DNA of 64,000 bases from Candidatus Bathyarchaeota archaeon (GTDB lineage Archaea > Thermoproteota > Bathyarchaeia > Bathyarchaeales > Bathycorpusculaceae): NCBI GenBank assembly GCA_963707955.1, contig OY970176.1, forward strand, positions 864,001-928,000, read 5' to 3'. The notes under the pieces were generated by a model. The model searched no databases, was not told the DNA's origin, and was given only the letters and a program-made list of their open reading frames with translations. Position numbers and translations under genes: made by a program. Each line of letters begins with the position of its first letter. Positions within the stretch are counted from its first letter, which is position 1. Below are positions 10,414 to 21,688 of the stretch, one piece after another.

Positions 10414-10591
10414 ATAAGTCACAGCCTTGTATCTTTCGGTCAGCACATAAAACACTTGCTGTTCTAACTCGTCCGCTTGTCAATCGGCATCAAATTTTTC
10501 CGTGATTAGGTTTGGATTTGAGATGAAACTTTACCCCAACCAACTTCTGAACTGAAATTATATGGTTTTATTAAGATGCTTCTTTTCTTCC

Positions 10592-10969
10592 TTAAGGCGT
10601 CTCAGCCTTTTGTTGTTGTTGTGTTGGGGTTTGCTGTTTTGTTTTGATTTCTTTGATGAGGTTTTCGAGTTCTTGGAGGTCTGCGTCTATTTTTGCTTCT
10701 TCGTAGGTTTTGCCGATGCCGTTGATGACTTGGCTGATGTATGCTGCTAGGCGCGACCAGTTCTGTTTGGTTTCGACTTTAGCTGGGTGCGTGTCGATGG
10801 CTTTTTGTTGGGCCTGTTCGGCGAGGGCCTTGAGTTCAAGGATGAGTTCGAACCTCACTTTTCGCATGTCGACGTTGTATTTGTCCGCGGCGAAGCAGAG
10901 TCTTCTCTGCATGTGTCCGAACGAGGTGCTGTGTTCCATACCCCTCCTCGGTTTCAACGTATCATGCAT
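10592..10969 (-). CDS. Hypothetical alpha-helical protein
   Basis: Amphipathic helices (KQNWSRLAAYISQVINGI...LQELENLIKE); start uncertain. Confidence 0.55.
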   Translation of the reverse strand: MHDTLKPRRGMEHSTSFGHMQRRLCFAADKYNVDMRKVRFELILELKALAEQAQQKAIDTHPAKVETKQNWSRLAAYISQVINGIGKTYEEAKIDADLQELENLIKEIKTKQQTPTQQQQKAETP

Positions 10970-11233
10970 ATTTGGATCCAAATATGTAACATCCTCCAGC
11001 GCGCAGGACTGGTCGAGTGTTAAGCAGGGCAGTTCGAAGCAATAATGGACACGGTCCCTTTGATGGGTGAGGTGATGAGTTCGAGAAGAGAATGGCATTG
11101 CGGTGGAACGCCTGAGCTAATTCATCGATGGACGTCTTCTCAAGGAATGTTGCAGTAAGGGCTCTTCTGTTTCCACTGGTGTTACAACCAGCAGCAATCC
11201 TTCTGGAATGGCGTGCGTAGTTTTGGTTTGCGT

Positions 11234-14200
11234 TCATTGATCCTGCTTAGGCTGAGCAGTTGGTGTTTTTTGCAGGGTTGGACTTTGTTTGAGGAGGTGT
11301 TTAGTGCGCCGATGTTTGATGTGGAATGCGAGCACGATGCCTGCCGCTGAAAGGGTTATGATCAGGACTATCAAGATGGGGATTACGTATGGAGCCATAG
11401 AGTAGGGGATAAGAACTTGCCCCAGAAGTGGAAGATGCCACACGACAAATACTGCGCGCGCGGATTGCGCGTCTAACTCTGTCACTTGCGAATTGTCAAG
11501 CCGGATTTCACCGTACCCGTACAACGTCCCGACTTTCGAGTTTAAGAGTGAAAAGAAAGATCCTTGTGTGCGATCCTCGTCGTCTATCTCGGTGACCGTG
11601 CTGTTGTTTAGCCAAAAGTGAGCGGTGCCCAAATTCTGTATCCAGATCATCGTGCTGTTCGTCAGTCGAACGTAAGAGGTGCTCTCGAAGATTTCGATGT
11701 AGTCGCCGGTGCTGTTGACCAGCTGAATCGTTGTGTTGCCAGGGTTAGCATAGATCTGATTAGCGTAGACCTCGTCGATGACCGAGTCGCTTGCATAAAT
11801 CGCTGTGGTGTTCAGTGCGTAGACGAAGTTTTTGACGACGTCGCGTTCTGTGGCTTCTGGACCGATTGCGTGTTGAAACGTGCTTATTGAACTGTTGCTG
11901 AGGACGAGGCTGGAGTTGTCGTAGAGGTAAACTCCGCTGTTTGCCGATCCCGCTGGGTTGCCATTCCACGAAAGATTAGAATTACTCATTGCTATCTCTG
12001 CTTCGTCGTAGGCCGCTATGACGTGGTAGTAGATGGCTTCAGGTTCGACGGGATAGTAGTAGTCTATGTTTGTGGGTGCGAGAAGCATTATGTTGCTGTC
12101 GCTTATGTTCAGCTTGCCCGTGCCCTGAACGATTATTTGTCTGGTTCTCCAGTAATAGGTGGTGTGGACAACTGGCTCCAACACGTCTGGTTCTTCGCTG
12201 ATATTCCAGTTTGAAACGAATGTGCAGTTTCTGATGAACACTTGGGCTTGGTCGGATATTATTAGCCTCCCCGCTATGTTGAACTCACAGTTGTCGATCA
12301 GCAACGTTTGACCGCCGTTGACGATCAAGTCACCACTGTAATTCGTCACGTTCGGAAACTGCAAGGCATAGCTGAGATATACATACGTGTTCGCCGTATC
12401 TGTCCAGTTTTCGAAAGGCCACGACACATTGTTCAGCAGAACCGTGAAGCTTCCATTCCAAAGATTCTGAACAATGGCGTTCGGCAAAGTCATTCTGCAG
12501 AAACCGCTCGTGGCTTCTGGACCGGATTCTGGACCTGGAAAGTTGAGGTTGACTGTTCGGTTGGCCACGTCGACTTGCACGTTCAAAAGCGTAGAGTTCC
12601 TTATGACTTCAGCGTTCAGGGCGGTTCCGTTCCAAGTGCCAACGTCAAGAACGGTGATCGGCGCTACGAGCGGATAGTGATCCGTGTTGTTGGCATCGAA
12701 CAAGTACTGTGTGTCGCCTATTCCGTCGCTGCTGGTGACGTTTTGGTAGACGCCGCTGAACAGGTCTGTGCCGTTGTAGTTTTTCCAGTAGTTTCCGCCA
12801 GATGGATAGCCGAGGTCCCAGGTGTTGTTTCCGTCACAGGTTGTCACCGGGTTCGCTGATAGAAAATTGTTGTGATAAATCACGTTGTTTTGACCTGGTG
12901 CTATGCTGATGGTTTCCAGCGTGTTCTCTACTATCGTATTATTAGTAGGCCCAATCAGGTCGGGCAATCCGAACAGAGAAATGTCGAGACCGTTGCCGTC
13001 GAAGATGTTATCGCTCACTGTGTTCTGTTGAGAAATTTTCTGTGGACCGCTTGCGCCGAATATCTCCAGTCCCACGTTTTGACGGGAAATGTTGTTCAGC
13101 ATCATTACGTTTTGGATTCCATAGACCATTTGTATTCCAAAATAGCTGTTGTCATCGATCACGTTTCCAATGATGGCATTACCCATCAAATCGTGTCCAA
13201 ACGAGCCTAGGTCTATTCCTCTGAGCTGGTTTCCGATGATGAAATTGTCGCTTACGACGTTGCCGTCGCCATAGCCCCATACTCCGTCTCCGTTGCCAGT
13301 GATGTTGTTCTGCGTGATACTGCAGCCTGAAACATCGTCCAGAAACACTCCTTCGCCAGATTGCTGAATCGTGTATCCGTTCTGAATCGTGAAGCCGCTT
13401 ACGGTGACGTTGTTTCGCATTATGTGTATTACCGTTTCTTGACCGCCGCCATCCAAGACTGTGGCCATGTTTTCGCCCATCAGTGCAACAGATTTGTTGA
13501 CGACAGGGTTTTCAAAGTAGGTTCCAGACTCAACGAATATAGTGTCTCCGTCACCTGTTTCGGATGCGTTGATCGCATCCTGTATTGCAGAATAGGCCAA
13601 GCCTGTTTTGATGTTGTGAACCGGGAGAAAACTCCATGGATGCACAAGCGGATAGTTATCTGTGTTGTTGACTCCTATGACATAAGGTGTGTCTGCAATG
13701 CCGTCGCCGCCAGTTTCATTCTGATATGGGCCCTTGTACACGTCTACGGTGTTTAAGTCGCTCCAGTAGTTGCCGCCCGCTGGATAACCGTCATCCCAAG
13801 TGTTTGACGACTCTTCGATGTGCCCTATTTGATACGTGTTGCCTATGATGTTGTGGTGGAATATCACGTTACTCGAAGCGGAAACAAGCCAGAAGCCGTC
13901 GAAGTTGTTTGTTATGTTGTTTTTGAAAATGCTGTTGTAACTTGAAAAACCAAGATAGATGCCCATGCCTTTGTTTGCCGTCACAGTGTTTCCAGAAACG
14001 CTGCTAAAGTTCGAAGAGCTTAACGCGATACCGTCCGAACCATTTTTCGTCACGTTGTTTCTGGAAAGCGTATTGTTGGAAGAGTCGAAAAGGTCTATTC
14101 CGTCATTAGCGTTTGATTTTACGTCGTTTTCAGAAATGAGGTTATAGTCGGAAGAGGAGTAGAGCACGATGCCAGCGCTGTTGTTCATCAAGGTGTTTTC

Positions 14201-14593
14201 AGAAATCGTGTCGCCTGAAGAGCCGTTAAGTTCGATGCCATTATTGAAACCAGTGATAGTCATGTTTCTTACTGTTACACTGTGCGGACCAGAGATGTTC
14301 ACTCCATCATCAGGCCCTGAACCATGGAGGACGTAGCCTGCTCCATCAAGCACAATGCTGTTCCTCTGCACAACGATTGATTCTTCGCTGATGTTGTCCG
14401 TGAACGTGTATGTGATGTTGTCAACCGTTGAAATCGGCGCTGTTGACGGGGTTATGCTTCCGTCCGCATTTACGTAGATGGTTCCAATTTCATCTGCATT
14501 GGCAGGTTGAATCTTAAGTGCCAATGTCAACGCGCTCATAACCAACAAGATCAACAGCGCGGCTGAAACAATCTTGCGAGACAATCGAAACAT
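11234..14593 (-). CDS. Secreted/surface right-handed beta-helix (NosD/CASH) protein
   Basis: Signal peptide, Asn/Ser-rich parallel beta-helix repeats, two WD.GYP.GGNYW...DGI.DT.Y...D.YPL modules, C-terminal TM anchor. Confidence 0.9.
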   Translation of the reverse strand: MFRLSRKIVSAALLILLVMSALTLALKIQPANADEIGTIYVNADGSITPSTAPISTVDNITYTFTDNISEESIVVQRNSIVLDGAGYVLHGSGPDDGVNISGPHSVTVRNMTITGFNNGIELNGSSGDTISENTLMNNSAGIVLYSSSDYNLISENDVKSNANDGIDLFDSSNNTLSRNNVTKNGSDGIALSSSNFSSVSGNTVTANKGMGIYLGFSSYNSIFKNNITNNFDGFWLVSASSNVIFHHNIIGNTYQIGHIEESSNTWDDGYPAGGNYWSDLNTVDVYKGPYQNETGGDGIADTPYVIGVNNTDNYPLVHPWSFLPVHNIKTGLAYSAIQDAINASETGDGDTIFVESGTYFENPVVNKSVALMGENMATVLDGGGQETVIHIMRNNVTVSGFTIQNGYTIQQSGEGVFLDDVSGCSITQNNITGNGDGVWGYGDGNVVSDNFIIGNQLRGIDLGSFGHDLMGNAIIGNVIDDNSYFGIQMVYGIQNVMMLNNISRQNVGLEIFGASGPQKISQQNTVSDNIFDGNGLDISLFGLPDLIGPTNNTIVENTLETISIAPGQNNVIYHNNFLSANPVTTCDGNNTWDLGYPSGGNYWKNYNGTDLFSGVYQNVTSSDGIGDTQYLFDANNTDHYPLVAPITVLDVGTWNGTALNAEVIRNSTLLNVQVDVANRTVNLNFPGPESGPEATSGFCRMTLPNAIVQNLWNGSFTVLLNNVSWPFENWTDTANTYVYLSYALQFPNVTNYSGDLIVNGGQTLLIDNCEFNIAGRLIISDQAQVFIRNCTFVSNWNISEEPDVLEPVVHTTYYWRTRQIIVQGTGKLNISDSNIMLLAPTNIDYYYPVEPEAIYYHVIAAYDEAEIAMSNSNLSWNGNPAGSANSGVYLYDNSSLVLSNSSISTFQHAIGPEATERDVVKNFVYALNTTAIYASDSVIDEVYANQIYANPGNTTIQLVNSTGDYIEIFESTSYVRLTNSTMIWIQNLGTAHFWLNNSTVTEIDDEDRTQGSFFSLLNSKVGTLYGYGEIRLDNSQVTELDAQSARAVFVVWHLPLLGQVLIPYSMAPYVIPILIVLIITLSAAGIVLAFHIKHRRTKHLLKQSPTLQKTPTAQPKQDQ

Positions 14594-14612
14594 CCTTTCT
14601 CAAGATTCATAT

Positions 14613-16137
14613 TCAACGTTCAAGGATAAAAGAGTTATTAGCTATCGGATTTGTTAGTTGAGTTACCTGTTTTCTTGACTGTTCAAGCCGATCTGTCCGC
14701 TGGAAAGAAGTGAAGACGGCAATAGAAACAAGGAGAGCCTCTGTCCCAAAGCGCGCACGGCAAGCGACCAGACGCGTTTGAACGGGGAAAAAGGGGGGAG
14801 GCGCTACCAGTCTGTATTGCCACTCGTAGTATATCGTTGCGGTGCTGTTGGTGTCCACGTTTATGACCCATGAAAGACCGGAGCCGATTCTGGTGGCATT
14901 GGGTGTGGAAGTTACTAGGTCGTAGCCGTTGATGTCTTGTTGGATGAGAATCTGGACGTTTATCTGCTTGTAGTTTTGGATTGTTATGTTTATTCCTTGG
15001 TCCTCGTATCTGCTTTGCGATATCGATTTCGTCACTGTTGAGGCGACTTTGATGTCGTAGGCGTAGTTGACTATGGCGATGCTTTCTCCGTTAACGGGCG
15101 TGTAGCCGATGCTGTCTTCGCCCATCCACTGTTCGCCTCGATAGAACTCTATGGTTCCAGAGGCAAGCGGCTCGTTGAGGGTGTTGTTCAAGTGGTACCG
15201 GTTCTGCACTTCGCCGCCTGACCAGAAGTATTCCTGTCGAAGTTTCACGGTGCCTTCGAACAGAGGCAACTTGACAGTGGTACCCGCTTCGAAAGACACC
15301 TTCGCGCCATAAGTGTATTCATGGTATTCGTCCGTTGTAGTCGACGTGAAATCGATTGAAGGAGAGCTGACCGTGGCCATCATCGGTACCGCATAAAAGG
15401 CTTGAAGGGCTGGGCTGTCGTACACTAGGTGGGGGCCGCCGCTTACGAGCACTAGGGTGAAGTTGCTCCAGCTTTCCACGTTTTCCAGCGTTGCCCAGCA
15501 TTGCAGATAGGATGTTTGAAGGTCGACGAAGTATGTGGGCTTCCACGTTGGTCCGCGCATCAGGTAAGAGACGTTCATCTGATAGTCTCCTGCCGGCGAG
15601 TCTGTCGTGACTTGTACGAGTATTTTTGGTCCCTGGACCTGAACTACTTCGTTTAGAATGATCATGGTGATTGTTGATGTTGGAATCATGAGCGTTTCGT
15701 TGTTGACCTGTAGAAGCAGTGTGGTGTCCCAGACTGATGAACGTGCCCGTGTAGTTGCCGTCTTCTGTGCATACCGTTATCACGTCGCCCCTGTCGATTA
15801 TCGGTTGATTCTCATCGCTCGTGACGATTTTGACAACGTTGATTCCTGAAACTGTGAGCGTGTCGGTTAACGCGCCCGACGGAAGATAGAACTGAACGGA
15901 GCTGGTGTCGTTCTCAAGCGTAATGGCCTGTTCAAACGTTACGAAAGTGACGCCGTTTCCGTAAACTGTGACCTTGTCTGCCGCATCTTCGGGAGTCTGA
16001 AATGCTATGCCGTTCGTCGGTCCCAAGTTCGTGAACCTCATGGCTGCAAAGGCAAATCCGGCTGCGGAAACTGCCAGAATGCATAGTAGCGCCATCAATT
16101 TCTTTGCGGAAAAACGCATAGGATTCTTCATTTTCAA
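14613..16137 (-). pseudogene. DUF4139/DUF4140-like secreted protein split by a frameshift near 15732
   Basis: N-part DKVTVYGNG...YTGTFIS continues in another frame as WDTTLLLQVNNETLMIP...SYLMRGPTWKPTY. Confidence 0.65.
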
Positions 16138-16313
16138 AGCCTTCGTGAATCCTCTGTAGGTATCTGGATCGACGCGGTATTTTATACCAATGTGTGGTAC
16201 TGGTCAGTCTAGAAATTAGTACGGTCAAAGACGAGCGCTAGGTTGTTCCGAGAATATGTTAGGCGCGCCATTGAGTGTAGATATTATAAGCTGAACGCTG
16301 TTACAAGCTAAAG

Positions 16314-16529
16314 ATGACTTTAATGTCTGTTCCTTCGGCAAGTGAACGGGCTACTGCCTATGTCATCATCGCAATCGGATTCCTTGTCGTCGGACTGTGC
16401 AGTTTGCTGCTTGGGAATGTGCCAGTTGCAGCTGGGCTTCTGGTGGCTTCGCTTATGTCGTTGCTCGCCTCGCTGTTCTATTTAACGAAAGAGCATAGAG
16501 AGAAGCCGCCAAGTGATGGTCACAGCTGA
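16314..16529 (+). CDS. Small membrane protein
   Basis: Two TM helices; TTATAA box at ~16284. Confidence 0.55.
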   Translation: MTLMSVPSASERATAYVIIAIGFLVVGLCSLLLGNVPVAAGLLVASLMSLLASLFYLTKEHREKPPSDGHS

Positions 16530-16743
16530 CCCAGCACGAGCGCGCATGCTTGTTCCTAAATTCCGTTGAAGAGAGGTGCATGGCGTTTTCCGATGGTTGA
16601 TGGTTGCTGTCGCGGTTCGAGTGGGTTCTCGCTTGCTCACACCCTCCCCCCGGGTATCCTATATGATCCAAATATGATTGAAGAGCAGAATGAGCAGCAC
16701 TGCGTTGAGTTGGATGGGCTTGGACTGAAGTCGCAAAGGATAT

Positions 16744-17802
16744 ATGGATATCGGTTATTGGATATCGGAAAGCAGGGCGCTACGGAGTTGTCTGCGTTAT
16801 TTGTGGGTGACTGATGTGGTTGAGGGTCTTGTGATCGAGACGAGGGGGCTTAGGAAGACTTTCGTTTCTAAGGAGAGAGGTGGAAAGAGGCAGGTTGAAG
16901 CGGTTAAGGGTATAGACCTGGCTGTGAGGAGGGGGGAGATTTTTGGTTTTCTCGGTCCGAACGGTGCTGGTAAGTCTACGACGCAGAGGATGCTTTCCAC
17001 TCTTCTGTGTCCTTCTGGTGGAGAGGCGAAGATATTGGGGTATGACTTGGCGGAGGAGCAGGAGGAGATTAGGCGGAACGTCGGGTACGTGAGTCAGGCC
17101 GGCGGGGCAGACTTGGCTTCTACGGGTCTTGAGAATCTGGTCTTGCAGGCTCAGCTGTACGGTTTAGACGTTTTGACCGCGAAGAAGTACGCGGCCGAGT
17201 TTGCGGGGCGGTTTCAGATGAACTCGTTTGTTAATAGGCCTGCTTCGTCTTATTCGGGTGGTCAGAAACGCCGTTTGGACGTTGCGCTCGGGATGATTCA
17301 TCATCCGCGGCTGCTTCTGCTGGATGAGCCGACGTCGGGTCTTGACCCGCAGAGCAGGGCGTACCTGTGGGAGCAGATTAGGAAGCTGAAGGCTGAGGGG
17401 GTGACCGTTTTCTTGACGACTCAGTACATGGATGAGGCTGACAAGCTTTGTGACAGGATAGCGATCATAGATAACGGGGTGATCATCGTGACTGGGACGC
17501 CGGAGGAGTTGAAGGGCAACGTCGGCGGCGACACGATCGTGTTTGGTTTTCCCATGGAGGAGGTTGCCCGCAAGGCCGAAGCTGTGTTGACGATGAACAC
17601 TCAGCTGGAGAAGATTCACGCCGTGAACAGTTCCGTTTTTCTGTATGCTAAGGACGGGGAGAGAATGATGCCTGACCTTCTCAGGTCGCTTGATGCAAAA
17701 CGCTTAGACGTGCAAAGCATCATGTTGTCCAGGCCGAGTCTGGATGACGTTTTCTTGAAGTACACGGGCCGTTCACTGAGGGAGGATGAGAGGGGAAGAT
17801 GA
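16744..17802 (+). CDS. ABC-2 exporter ATP-binding subunit (DrrA-like)
   Basis: GPNGAGKST Walker A, YSGGQKRRL signature, LLLDEPT Walker B; true start probably ~16816. Confidence 0.93.
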   Translation: MDIGYWISESRALRSCLRYLWVTDVVEGLVIETRGLRKTFVSKERGGKRQVEAVKGIDLAVRRGEIFGFLGPNGAGKSTTQRMLSTLLCPSGGEAKILGYDLAEEQEEIRRNVGYVSQAGGADLASTGLENLVLQAQLYGLDVLTAKKYAAEFAGRFQMNSFVNRPASSYSGGQKRRLDVALGMIHHPRLLLLDEPTSGLDPQSRAYLWEQIRKLKAEGVTVFLTTQYMDEADKLCDRIAIIDNGVIIVTGTPEELKGNVGGDTIVFGFPMEEVARKAEAVLTMNTQLEKIHAVNSSVFLYAKDGERMMPDLLRSLDAKRLDVQSIMLSRPSLDDVFLKYTGRSLREDERGR

Positions 17803-18572
17803 AAATGAAAATGAAGTTGTTACGCGATACTTGGTTGATGTTTGTGCGCAACGTGCAGCACACGGTTCGCAACCCGGTTTTTGTTTTTGCGAGCATGTTT
17901 CAGCCGCTTCTTTATCTGCTCTTGTTCATGCCGCTTCTGAACAATCTCGGCGGTGCTTCAGGGTTACCAGTAGGGCAGACGGTTGACGTGTTCATCCCGG
18001 GCCTTTTGGTTATGCAGGCGCTGTTCGGTTCAGCGTTCGTGGGGTTCTCGCTTATCGATGACATCAGGTCGGGTGTTATAGAGCGTTTTTTGGTGACTCC
18101 TGTGGGGCGGTCAGCGATCCTGTTGGGCAGGATTCTTAGGGACGGTGTTGTTCTTCTTCTCCGATGCGTCCTGATAACGCTTGTCGCGATCCCGTTTGGA
18201 TTGAGCGTGAACGACGGCGGATTTTTGCTGTCTCTGGTGCTGTACGCTTTGATCGGAGTTTCGATGGCTTCCATGTCGTACGGTTTTGCTCTTATTTACA
18301 AGGTTGAAGACCCTTTGGCTCCGACTTTGAACACGATAGCGCTGCCCGTTTCTCTGCTGTCAGGAATCATCCTTCCTCTTGCGCTTGCTCCTTGGTGGCT
18401 TCGAGACATCGCGAAGGGTAATCCGTTCTCGTACGGAGTTGATGCTGCACGCGCGTTGTTTGCGGGCAACTTTCAGAACGTCGAAATCTTCGAGGGCTTC
18501 GCCATCATCAGCGTGCTTGCAATCGTCATATTCCTTTTGGCGTTGAGGCAGCTCAACAAAATGACGTCATGA
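17799..18572 (+). CDS. ABC-2 exporter permease (DrrB-like)
   Basis: Six TM helices, IERFLVTP, NPFSYGVDAAR; ATGA overlap with the ATPase gene. Confidence 0.92.
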   Translation: MKMKMKLLRDTWLMFVRNVQHTVRNPVFVFASMFQPLLYLLLFMPLLNNLGGASGLPVGQTVDVFIPGLLVMQALFGSAFVGFSLIDDIRSGVIERFLVTPVGRSAILLGRILRDGVVLLLRCVLITLVAIPFGLSVNDGGFLLSLVLYALIGVSMASMSYGFALIYKVEDPLAPTLNTIALPVSLLSGIILPLALAPWWLRDIAKGNPFSYGVDAARALFAGNFQNVEIFEGFAIISVLAIVIFLLALRQLNKMTS

Positions 18573-18651
18573 CTGCAAGCCGCATACTTTGCAGTTCTTC
18601 GGTACCGGTGCGTTATTGGCGCGCGCGCTCAATTTGTCACAATCGCATGTC

Positions 18652-19737
18652 TTAGCGCGAGTATTTGAAGCTGAAGCCTTTCTGAACTTTCTTAACTGTG
18701 GCTGTCAAGAGCTTGACGGAATTGACAACGTCATTGACGTCCAAGACTTCGTACGAGTGGGCATATCTCGTTGGAATTGAGATCACGCCGCTGGGAACAC
18801 CTTCCCTCGTCAAATGAATCGTTGCCGCGTCAGTAGAACCCTGAGGCAAGACTTCCATTTGATATGGAATTTTCTCCTCCTCTGCGGTCGAAACCAGAAG
18901 TTCCCTCACTTTTGGATGAGAGATCAAACCCAGAGCTCCACCTGCTTTATCCATGACTTTTATGGCTGGACCCGCGCCAACTTTGGTGACTTGATCTTTT
19001 TCGGCGATGCCGGGAATGTCTCCGGCAAGTGTTATGTCAACGGCTATGGCCATGTCGGGAGCGATCTTGTATGCTGCGACTTGTGCTCCACGGCAACCGA
19101 CTTCTTCTTGGACGTCTGCTACGCCGTAAACGTTTGCTTCAAGTTTCTCTCTTGCAAGTTTCTTCATGGTTTCTATGATCACGCACACGCCGACTCGATC
19201 GTCAAACGCCTTGCTGGCAAGTATGTTTCCCGATCCGAGAGCTTTGAATGGGCGTTCGAAAGTGACTGAGTCTCCGATGTGGATGCCTAGCTTCTCGGCT
19301 TCTTTCCTGTTCTTAGCTCCTACGTCGATGAAGAACGCCTTTGGGTCGGGCATTTTATTCGCTTCTTCCGGTGTTTCGGATGGCTTGCAGCAGGTCAAGC
19401 CGCTTACCGGACCTTTCTTGCAATGGACGGTGACAGACTGGGAGAATAAAGATCTTGGAGACACTCCGCCGATTCTTTCGAAGTGTAGAAAGCCCTTCTC
19501 ATCGATGTGCTTGATGAGAAGCCCGACCTCGTCCATGTGCCCGGCAAGCATGATCTTTGGGCCGTCCTTCACACTGGCTTTTTTCAGGGATATCACGTTG
19601 CCGAAATTGTCTGTCTCGACCGAGTCGACATATCGTTCAAGCTCGTGGTAGATTAGCTTTCCAACATCCATCTCGTACCCAGAGACTCCTGATGCTTCGG
19701 TCAGACGTTTCAGAAGACCCTTTATTTCGTTCTCCAA
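18652..19737 (-). CDS. M42 family (TET) metallo-aminopeptidase
   Basis: AGHMDEVG, KAFDDRVG, VQEEVG, IPTRYAHS. Confidence 0.93.
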   Translation of the reverse strand: MENEIKGLLKRLTEASGVSGYEMDVGKLIYHELERYVDSVETDNFGNVISLKKASVKDGPKIMLAGHMDEVGLLIKHIDEKGFLHFERIGGVSPRSLFSQSVTVHCKKGPVSGLTCCKPSETPEEANKMPDPKAFFIDVGAKNRKEAEKLGIHIGDSVTFERPFKALGSGNILASKAFDDRVGVCVIIETMKKLAREKLEANVYGVADVQEEVGCRGAQVAAYKIAPDMAIAVDITLAGDIPGIAEKDQVTKVGAGPAIKVMDKAGGALGLISHPKVRELLVSTAEEEKIPYQMEVLPQGSTDAATIHLTREGVPSGVISIPTRYAHSYEVLDVNDVVNSVKLLTATVKKVQKGFSFKYSR

Positions 19738-20227
19738 GCCAATTCAACTCGCAACAGGTGCGCTGATAGCGTGCACTATGCTGTCGATTCAATAAAAGAT
19801 TTTTCCAGATCTGCATGCGCTGAGTGTTACGACCAACAAGCTGGCGCGCGCTACGCGGTAAATTTACAGAGTTGAGGAGTAGTCTTCTGAGTTTAGTTCG
19901 GCGTCTTGCCGCTTGAATAGTTCGCCTTTTTTCTTGTTTTCAGCGTGCGTTCCCGTACCTGGATAAAGTGTAAAAGCCGTTGTCTCACCCTTTCCTTACA
20001 AACTTTATAACTTACAATATTTGTAAGGATTTTCTTGACAAAGTTCTGCGATTTGCCAAGAGGCGTCGGCCCCTCTAGTGCGCGCGTTTTTCAGAAAGTT
20101 AATGTTGTATGCCAACTGATGGGTAAATGCGTTAAATTTCTGAATGAGTTGAGGCTTGGCAGGTTTTAAATATTTTTAATGCAGTATGCCATAAAATGGA
20201 TAACTACGTTAAAAAAGTGAAAAGCCT

Positions 20228-21055
20228 ATGGTGAACAAAACGGAAGCACTCTACAATGCTCTTCTCCCCACGAAAATTGCAGGCTTTGACGACATTATGC
20301 AAGTAGCGTCAACCGTAATTGAAGGCCCTGCAAACCGCAAATACGTCTATCGCAAGTACGTTAAAAGACTGATTGAAGCTCACAAGTTTCTGGCAATCCG
20401 GAAGGGTCTGTATGCCGTTCTGTCTCCGCTGGAAAAAGCAGAAAAGTACGAACCAGATAAACTTCTAATCGCCTCCAAAATCAGAAAAGAATACTACTTG
20501 GGCTTCCACACCGCCTAGGAATACTACGGCTGCGCTTACTCTGCTTTCAATGAAGCTTACATATGCGTCAACTCGAAAGTCAACTCGAAAGACAGGTTCG
20601 ATCTTTTCAGGTACAAACGGTTCATCTTCAAACCGTTATTCGTCAAAGACACGACATCACAGGTCGTTGAGAAACGGTACGGAAGCAGCCTTCTGAGAGT
20701 CAGTGGCAAGGAAAGGACGTTCACCGAATGCATCGACAGAGTTCAATATGTCGGAGGCTGGGAAGAATGCGTAAAAAGTCTGGAAAATCTCCGCGGACTC
20801 GACGTTGAAAAACTGATCAGCCTAACCCTTCAGCAAGGGAAGAGGAGTCTTCTCAGACGGATCGGCTTCATCGTGGATCTTCTGAGAAAGAGATCACCGT
20901 TCTATGAACACGTCACCGATACTATGCTGAGCAAAATAGACATTGAAACCAGAGGTCCACCGCAATACTTGGTCCGTGGAAAAAAAGGCAGCCTAAACAG
21001 AAGATGGAACCTGTACATTCCAGAAGCTTTGGATGAACAACTTAGAGGCATCTGA
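20228..21055 (+). pseudogene. Type IV TA antitoxin AbiEi-like transcriptional regulator with an in-frame TAG at 20516-20518
   Basis: IRKGLY, YLGFHTA*EYYG, ERTFTECIDR, RWNLY; the frame continues to 21055; 12-bp in-frame tandem duplication at 20567-20590. Confidence 0.75.
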
Positions 21056-21349
21056 GTGAAAAGGAAATACGATTTTGATGCGTTAACGCTGCAATACGGG
21101 TTCAGCGCCAAAGAAATAGAAAAAGTATGCCGAATCTCGGATCTGCTAGAGGACATCTCAGCTGTGAAATTCCTCTCAGACCGCCTATCACTTTACGGCG
21201 GAACAGCTCTCACATTCATCTACTCACCAGAAACACTGCGATTGTCCATAGACCTCGACTTCAACTATCGACACACAGACAATGCAGACTGGGGAGAGAT
21301 CCGAAAGGAAATCGACAAACGGCTGAAAGATCTAGCGCGCGCGCAATAG
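21056..21349 (+). pseudogene. Truncated AbiEii-like nucleotidyltransferase toxin
   Basis: LYGGTAL...RLSIDLDFN motif, but the ORF ends after 97 aa at a (GC)5 run. Confidence 0.8.
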
Positions 21350-21493
21350 GTTACGGCCAACACGCTAGCCCCTTGAAGAAACTTGTCTAGAGGATATTTG
21401 TCTTTGTAGAATGCGTAATCAGAGCTTTAGAGTGTTTGTAGTAAGAGTTAAGTGTAACTTATGTGTCATTTTGTTATGGATAAGGGATACTTC

Positions 21494-21688
21494 ATGAGCG
21501 TAACGAAAACCCGAAGAGTTGGCGGTTCGCTGGTCGTGACAATACCCAAGAAACTCATCGATAGTAAGAAAATCAAGGAAGGAGAGTTGGTGGAGATAAG
21601 CGTAAGGAAGGTAAAGATGGATGGGTTCGGAGCATTTAGAATGCTGAAACCGTTCACGGCGGAAGACGAGTTGAACGCGCATGACTAG
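21494..21688 (+). CDS. AbrB/MazE-type antitoxin (VapB-like)
   Basis: TRRVGGSLVVTIPK...IKEGELV; overlaps the PIN gene. Confidence 0.85.
   Translation: MSVTKTRRVGGSLVVTIPKKLIDSKKIKEGELVEISVRKVKMDGFGAFRMLKPFTAEDELNAHD

Noticed and set aside
10592-10969. Proviral gene (small terminase-like)
   Set aside because: Only a vague helical resemblance and no other viral genes nearby.
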